Source: a virus (Duplodnaviria; Caudoviricetes). Taken from it: DNA of 64,000 nt. Shown piece after piece: positions 58,268 through 64,000 of the stretch. The notes under the pieces were generated by a model, which saw nothing but the letters and a program-made list of their open reading frames with translations, did not search any database and had not been told where the DNA came from. The number at the start of each line of letters is the position of its first letter. Within the stretch, counting starts at the first letter, position 1. The position numbers were made by a program, and so were the translations under genes. The DNA lies in the IMG/VR virus record IMGVR_UViG_3300033074_000216, positions 1 through 64,000 of that record. One strand, written 5' to 3'.

Positions 58268-59691
58268 ATGCCACACCAGAACAACAAGCTATCATACAAC
58301 ACGTTCTTACCACTAATGGACTCACTATGGTCTCTGCCGTAGCTGGTTCAGGTAAGACTACGCTTTTAGTAGCATTAGCCAATCGAATGGCTGAAGGAAA
58401 TCCAGCTCCTGGTCTTTACTTAGCTTACAATAAATCTGTAGCTATGGAAGCCCAAACTAAGTTTCCTGATTTTATTTCTTGTATGACAACTCATTCATTA
58501 GCTTATACACCCACCGTGCGAGCTAAAGGCAGTAAACTCCATTTAGGTAAATTCACTTACCGACAAATCCATGAAAGCATTGACTATGACTTCAAGTGTG
58601 AAATCGTAGATCATATTAGAACATTTTGTTTGTCCTCGTTCCTCAATATAGACGACTACGGCAAATTTCACGATCTAACACCTAGACTATTAGAGTATCT
58701 ACACAAATATCTAGACCAAATGTTAGAAGGTAAGACAGAATGTACCCATGATTTTTACTTAAAACTTTATCACATTATGCTAGCTAACGGTAACATAAGT
58801 TACGAACCGTTCAGTATAATTGCCCTCGACGAGTCTGGAGATTTGAATCCAGTAACTCTTGAGATTTTCAAACTTCTTCCAGCTGAGAAGAAAGTTATGG
58901 TAGGAGATCCTCACCAAAACATCTATCAATTTAATCACACGATTAATTGTTTCAGTGTTATGGCGGATCAAGGTACTTACCTTCCAATGACAAAGTCATT
59001 CAGAGTAGATCATAGGATAGCCAAACGAATACAAAAGTATTGTCAAGCCTACCTATCTGAAGATATGTTATTTGAGGGAATTGAGATTACCAATCCTAAA
59101 GTTGAAACTCGTGCATTTATCTCAAGAACTAACTCCGCTTTAGTAAGAAAACTAATGGAACTTAATAAGCTTCATATCCCATACGGAACCATCAGAGACG
59201 TTAAAGATATTTTTGCCTTACCATTAACCCTTTGTGCATTAAAACCAGGAGGTTTTACATCAAACTCAGAATTCAAATATCTGCAAGACGATGCAAACAC
59301 ATATGGCAAATCTAAAGAGTTGCAAGATCGTTATAAAACTGTACTTATGTACCTTAAAGATTTACACGAAGGTGATCTAGCATTACAACAAGCTATTTCT
59401 ATCATATTCCAGTATGGTAAAGCCGACGTAATCGCTTGTCACGAACAAGCTAAGAAGCATTCTAAGAAAGAACAAAACTACATGATTGGAACTGTTCACT
59501 CTTGTAAAGGTTTAGAATTTGATTCAGTTGAATTAGCTGATGATATGAACCAGTCAATCGCTGGAATCGTATTATCAATGAAACTTGATCCAGACTATAT
59601 CCTTACAACAGAAGAACGAGCAGAACTAAACTTATACTATGTTGGTGCATCTCGTGCCAAAAAAGAGCTTCACAATGCTAAGTATTTGTAA
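58264..59691 (+). CDS. SF1 (UvrD-like) helicase
   Basis: AGSGKTT, DESGD, VGDPHQNIY, SFR, HSCKGLEF, YVGASRAK. Confidence 0.9.
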   Translation: MNATPEQQAIIQHVLTTNGLTMVSAVAGSGKTTLLVALANRMAEGNPAPGLYLAYNKSVAMEAQTKFPDFISCMTTHSLAYTPTVRAKGSKLHLGKFTYRQIHESIDYDFKCEIVDHIRTFCLSSFLNIDDYGKFHDLTPRLLEYLHKYLDQMLEGKTECTHDFYLKLYHIMLANGNISYEPFSIIALDESGDLNPVTLEIFKLLPAEKKVMVGDPHQNIYQFNHTINCFSVMADQGTYLPMTKSFRVDHRIAKRIQKYCQAYLSEDMLFEGIEITNPKVETRAFISRTNSALVRKLMELNKLHIPYGTIRDVKDIFALPLTLCALKPGGFTSNSEFKYLQDDANTYGKSKELQDRYKTVLMYLKDLHEGDLALQQAISIIFQYGKADVIACHEQAKKHSKKEQNYMIGTVHSCKGLEFDSVELADDMNQSIAGIVLSMKLDPDYILTTEERAELNLYYVGASRAKKELHNAKYL

Positions 59692-59827
59692 GTTGTCAAT
59701 TTGACAACTTGTAGGTACTATTAAGTGTAGTTATAAGACAGGGATAAAGCCGCCTGCTTCGTGTTACCGGACCACTACACTTACTAGTGCTTACCGCACA
59801 AATAATCTACTCACTAAAGGAGCCACC

Positions 59828-60115
59828 ATGGCAAACTTATCTACAATCACTACTGTTGCTGCTACATTAGCTGCTAATCAATCTATCACTAAAAAAGCTG
59901 CTGCTGAATTAGTTACAAACGTATACGAGATTATCGCTGCTGAAATCGCTGCAGGTAATGATGTAAAAATCAACAACGTTGGTACAATCAAACAAGTTAC
60001 TAGAGCTGCTAGAACAGGTCACAACCCATCAACTGGTGCTAAATTAGAAATCCCAGCTAAAAGAACTTTAAAGTTCAAACCTTTTGCAAACATCAAAGTA
60101 GCATTAAACTCTTAA
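59828..60115 (+). CDS. HU/IHF-family DNA-binding protein
   Basis: RAARTGHNPSTG..LEIPAK..KFKP. Confidence 0.9.
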   Translation: MANLSTITTVAATLAANQSITKKAAAELVTNVYEIIAAEIAAGNDVKINNVGTIKQVTRAARTGHNPSTGAKLEIPAKRTLKFKPFANIKVALNS

Positions 60116-60136
60116 TCCCATTTTAAGGAGTCACGA

Positions 60137-60355
60137 GTGGAATTCACTTACGATGACACACAAACAATTAGGGTTTCAGAACTGAAACTCCTAACTCTGG
60201 ATGAAGCTCAGAAAATCATCGCTCAAGTGAACAATCCAACTCAAGCTCTTGAGATGGCTAAGATTCACAGCCAAGAAGCGGTTGACTGGGTTATAAATGT
60301 AATTCAAGCATGTAACGCAGTTCATGCTAATTTAAAGGCAAGTCAAAATGGTTGA
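60137..60355 (+). CDS. hypothetical protein
   Basis: AAGGAG SD plus GTG start. Confidence 0.55.
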   Translation: MEFTYDDTQTIRVSELKLLTLDEAQKIIAQVNNPTQALEMAKIHSQEAVDWVINVIQACNAVHANLKASQNG

Positions 60356-61571
60356 ATTAGTTGATAACAAACGTCACGACATAATCAAAAGAGATGGACG
60401 AATCGAATCATTCGATGAAGACAAACTCTATGCAGTTATCTTGTGGGCATGTAAAGGAAGAGAATCCTTAGCTAAAACTTTATTAGAAGCAATCAGTATT
60501 AAGATCCATAACAAAATGAGTATAGTTAAACTATACGATGAAGTTATTAATACAGCCTCTAATTTAATTTCAGACTTATACCCAGTATGGGATGAAATAA
60601 CTAGAAACCTTTACATTTTAAAACTACACAAAGACATTGGTGTTAAAAGAATTGACTATCCATCGTATAAAGATATCGTAGCTAACAATATCAAACATGG
60701 ATATTATAGTGAAGAAACTTTTAACAAACTCCTTACACACACAACTATAGAAGAATTAGAATCTAAAGTCCTAGACCCAATGAGAGACAACCTTTTCACA
60801 TTCGGTGGACTAAAGCTATTCGTGGACAAGTATTGTAATAAGACTCCTAACGGAACACTCTTAGAACTACCTCAACACGTTTATCTTAGAGATGCTATTC
60901 AGAAAAATTACCATCTATCTATTAACGAAATCAAAGAAGACTACGATCAAGTATCTTCTCACTTAGTTACAGATGCAACTCCAAAGATGGTTAACGGTTG
61001 TAAACCTAATGCACAATTATTCTCATGTTGTCTATCTCGTCCAGAAGATTCTCTTGAATCTTTAAACAAAGTTGATGACATCTTAGGTAACGAGTCTAAA
61101 TTCGGTGGCGGATTAGCTACTGACATTTCAGCCGTTAGAGCTAAGGGTGCATTCATTAAAGGTAACAAAGGTAAGTCTGGTGGAGCAATCCCATTCGTTC
61201 AAAAGAATCAATGGGCAGTAGGTGCATACAACCAAGGAGACACTCGTATGTCTTCTGAAGCTATGTACTATAACTGGTTCCACTACGAAGCACCTGAACT
61301 TACTATGCTTAAAGACAAGTCTGGGAAGGATGAAGAAAGAGCTAGAAAGCTTAAGTATGCAATCAAATGGACCAAACGATTCTCAAGAGCAATCAAGAAT
61401 GATGAAGAAATATATCTATTCGATCCACACAAAACTCAAGACATGACTTATGCTTGGGGTGAGGAATTAGATAGGTTATACGACCAATATTCTAAAACTC
61501 AAGTTAGAAAGAGAACTTATCGAGCTCAAGACTTAGCTTTCACTGTTGCTAAGATCAAAGGTGAAACGGGT
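60348..61571 (+). CDS. nrdA: ribonucleotide reductase class I alpha, exon 1
   Basis: ATP-cone IIKRDG, ATP..N...FSCC; ends ...KGETG. Confidence 0.92.
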
Positions 61572-62476
61572 AAACATATTAGCCCCTTTATGTAGTAATG
61601 CATAAAGCAAATTCTTCTAATTGCTGGGAACTCCTAATAAGACTTTAAGATTAATTAATGTATAATTATTACATAACTAATTATTAAGGATACTCATGGA
61701 CAATCAGCAGCGAAGCTTGCAATCACTCTTATGTATAGAAGGATTTAAAACAATCCCAATATTACATAAGAAGTATTTAAACACTCAAGAATTATCTCAA
61801 GATTTCTTATTAGAAATGCACGAGATATCAAAACAAGAATTATTAACTAAATTTAATATTCCTAATTTACCTGTATTAAACAAAATACTTTGTAAAGTAT
61901 ATGACTTATACGAAACACTTCCATTACCTGCAGGATTTATTACAGCTAGTCTATACACCTGTTCTGATTATGCTATTAATATTAATAGTATTATCATAAC
62001 TAGTAGAACTAGACGAATTGTTAAACCTTATTTTGATGAGTTTGGTTATTTACGAGTAAATACTCGACATTTAAAACCACACACTTCATCAATAGGTATT
62101 TATGAAAGACTTCACAGATTATATGCTATGACTTTTCTTCCATTGGAGGATACATCATTATACTCTAATTTAGAAGTTAATCATCGTAATGGGAATAAAC
62201 TTGATAATACAGTTGAAAACCTTGAGTGGGTAACTAAACAAGAAAACCTCCAACATGCTTGGAAGACAGGTCTACGAAAGTTACCAAACCAATATTTGCA
62301 AGAACGTTCAACGACTATCCCGAAAGGGAGTACACTCAAGTGAGTGGAAATGGAGAAGGTCCAAATTTAATTATTTGGATCAAGATATAGTCTAGACTAC
62401 ATGGTAACATGTAGAAGTTCATGTACTTCTGTACTGAGAACTGCGTGTAATTAACGACTACACGTGAATACAATCG
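61572..62476 (+). mobile_element. group I intron in nrdA
   Basis: P1 GGGT/GCCC with U-G pair, TTGCTGGGAA, AATCAGCAG, GTTCAACGACTA, AAGATATAGTCT, terminal G62476. Confidence 0.9.
61696..62343 (+). CDS. intron-encoded HNH homing endonuclease
   Basis: HRLYA...VNHRNGNKLDN...NLEWVT..EN. Confidence 0.9.
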   Translation: MDNQQRSLQSLLCIEGFKTIPILHKKYLNTQELSQDFLLEMHEISKQELLTKFNIPNLPVLNKILCKVYDLYETLPLPAGFITASLYTCSDYAININSIIITSRTRRIVKPYFDEFGYLRVNTRHLKPHTSSIGIYERLHRLYAMTFLPLEDTSLYSNLEVNHRNGNKLDNTVENLEWVTKQENLQHAWKTGLRKLPNQYLQERSTTIPKGSTLK

Positions 62477-63526
62477 AACAACTATACATTCTTTACAGAC
62501 AATGCCAATATTCAAAACATTGGTGGTGGTACAGTTACTCAATCTAATCTATGTATGGAATATTTACCAAACTTCAAAAGTATTAAACATCTTTCAGATG
62601 AATTAGTTACAGTTGAAGGTAAAACATTCGTTCAGCACAAATTCGAAGGCGATGTTGCTTTATGTAACTTAGCTTCTATCAATTTAGCTAAATGGATTTT
62701 ATTATCTCCAGAAGAAAAGAGAAGACAAGCATACATCCTAGTTAGATCTATGGATAACTCTATTGACAACTCATTCTATTCAAACAGATATGGTAGACAT
62801 CATTCATTCCAACACAGAAACATTGGTATTGGTGTTTCTAATTATGCTAACGTAATCGCTTTACAAGGATTCTTATGGGATTCTAAAGAAGCTAGACAAT
62901 TCACTCATGAATTATTCGAAGAACTTCAATACTATTGTATTGCTGGTTCAGTTAAGTTAGCATCTGAAAGAGGTAAATACCCATTATTCCATGAATCAAA
63001 ATGGTCTAAAGGTGTATTCCCTCATGAGATTTCTATACTAGGTAATATGGAATCAGAATTAAACTATCCATTAAAAATGGACTGGGAAGCTCTAAGAGTC
63101 GACTTATTAAAATATGGTATCAGAAATGAATACCTTATGGCAATCGCACCTACAGCTACTTCTGGTTTATGTATCAATGCAACTCCTGGAGTTGACCTAC
63201 CTAGAAAACTTAAAACAATCCAAGAGGGTACTTACTCTCTTCCATTCATAGTTCCAAACCTTAGAGAATGTAGACCATTCTATAGAACAACTTTCCAAGT
63301 AGCTAACAAAGACACAATCGAGTTAGCTGCTATCAGACAGAAATTTATCTGTATGGGTCAGTCTGTATCTTTAGGATACCCTAAATTAAACTCAGCTTAT
63401 GAAGTTATCGATGATATCATGTATGCTGAACACTTAGGTTTGAAAACACTTTATTACACTTACGTACCAGCTGCCGACGACTTATCAGACGACGATGATG
63501 CAGTATGTGAGAGTTGTCAATCTTAG
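62477..63526 (+). CDS. nrdA: ribonucleotide reductase alpha, exon 2
   Basis: NNYTFFTD...QSNLCME, CNLASIN, APTATS, KTLYY, terminal CESCQS. Confidence 0.92.
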   Translation, partial: NNYTFFTDNANIQNIGGGTVTQSNLCMEYLPNFKSIKHLSDELVTVEGKTFVQHKFEGDVALCNLASINLAKWILLSPEEKRRQAYILVRSMDNSIDNSFYSNRYGRHHSFQHRNIGIGVSNYANVIALQGFLWDSKEARQFTHELFEELQYYCIAGSVKLASERGKYPLFHESKWSKGVFPHEISILGNMESELNYPLKMDWEALRVDLLKYGIRNEYLMAIAPTATSGLCINATPGVDLPRKLKTIQEGTYSLPFIVPNLRECRPFYRTTFQVANKDTIELAAIRQKFICMGQSVSLGYPKLNSAYEVIDDIMYAEHLGLKTLYYTYVPAADDLSDDDDAVCESCQS

Positions 63527-63534
63527 GAGTAAAC

Positions 63535-64000
63535 ATGATTAAATTAGACAGAATACCAACTAATGATGGCAGACTATTCTTCGGAGACAACGGTGGAGTT
63601 CCAAACTTAACCGTTGGTGGTCTTAAAAAGTACCAAGACTTAGCTAATGCCGACGAGGCAAACTTCTGGTCAATCAATACAGTATCTTGTTCACAAGACC
63701 GTGCTGATGAACTTCCAGCAAACGCTATGTCTAAATTCCAAAAGAATATCGGTTATCAAACTTTAGTAGACACTCTAGTTCCTGATGTTTACTCTTACTT
63801 ATCAGAGATTGCTACAGACCCATACCTTAGCTACTTATACTCACGTATCGGTACTATGGAGAAAGTCCATGCAATGTCTTATTCAGCTGGACTAGTTCAA
63901 GCCTTCGGTGCAAAAGCCGAAGAGTTCCTTAATATTATCTATACTGATCAAATCATTAAAGATCGTATCCAAGACGAACTAGACATAGCTATTCGTTTCC
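63535..64000 (+). CDS. nrdB: ribonucleotide reductase beta subunit (truncated by window end)
   Basis: ANFW, DTL, EKVHAMSYS diiron ligands; follows nrdA. Confidence 0.88.
   Translation, partial: MIKLDRIPTNDGRLFFGDNGGVPNLTVGGLKKYQDLANADEANFWSINTVSCSQDRADELPANAMSKFQKNIGYQTLVDTLVPDVYSYLSEIATDPYLSYLYSRIGTMEKVHAMSYSAGLVQAFGAKAEEFLNIIYTDQIIKDRIQDELDIAIRF

Noticed and set aside
61572-61595. Premature stop in nrdA as pseudogene or stop-codon recoding
   Set aside because: Explained by the group I intron; other genes are intact under the standard code

Overview
AT-rich segment of a lytic dsDNA phage. The packaging/adaptor module and the primase-Sak4-SSB block look N4/Schitoviridae-like. The host is probably Campylobacterota (ThyX resembling the Campylobacter type, TGnTATAAT promoters); this is inference. 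Positions 1-9.7 kb (- strand) hold tail, adaptor, terminase and an RHH/ParB-like pair. Positions 10-64 kb (+ strand) hold early genes, a compact T7-type RNA polymerase, accessory genes (ThyX, TAXI, TerD/TerC, NAD salvage, RNA repair), tRNA and tRNA-like clusters, replication genes, and nrdA split by a group I intron. The top candidate for an undescribed system is at 39.4-45.6 kb: a 41-aa peptide, ThiF/E1, E2-like and JAB genes, then a retron-type reverse transcriptase followed downstream by two tandem retron-like ncRNA units. The second is at 30.2-32.2 kb: five abutting stem-enclosed CAGCA(A) RNA units, each showing an NNU anticodon loop, directly upstream of a TROVE-like vWA (DUF2828-type) gene. 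All family calls come from motif recognition by eye; no searches or folding programs were run.
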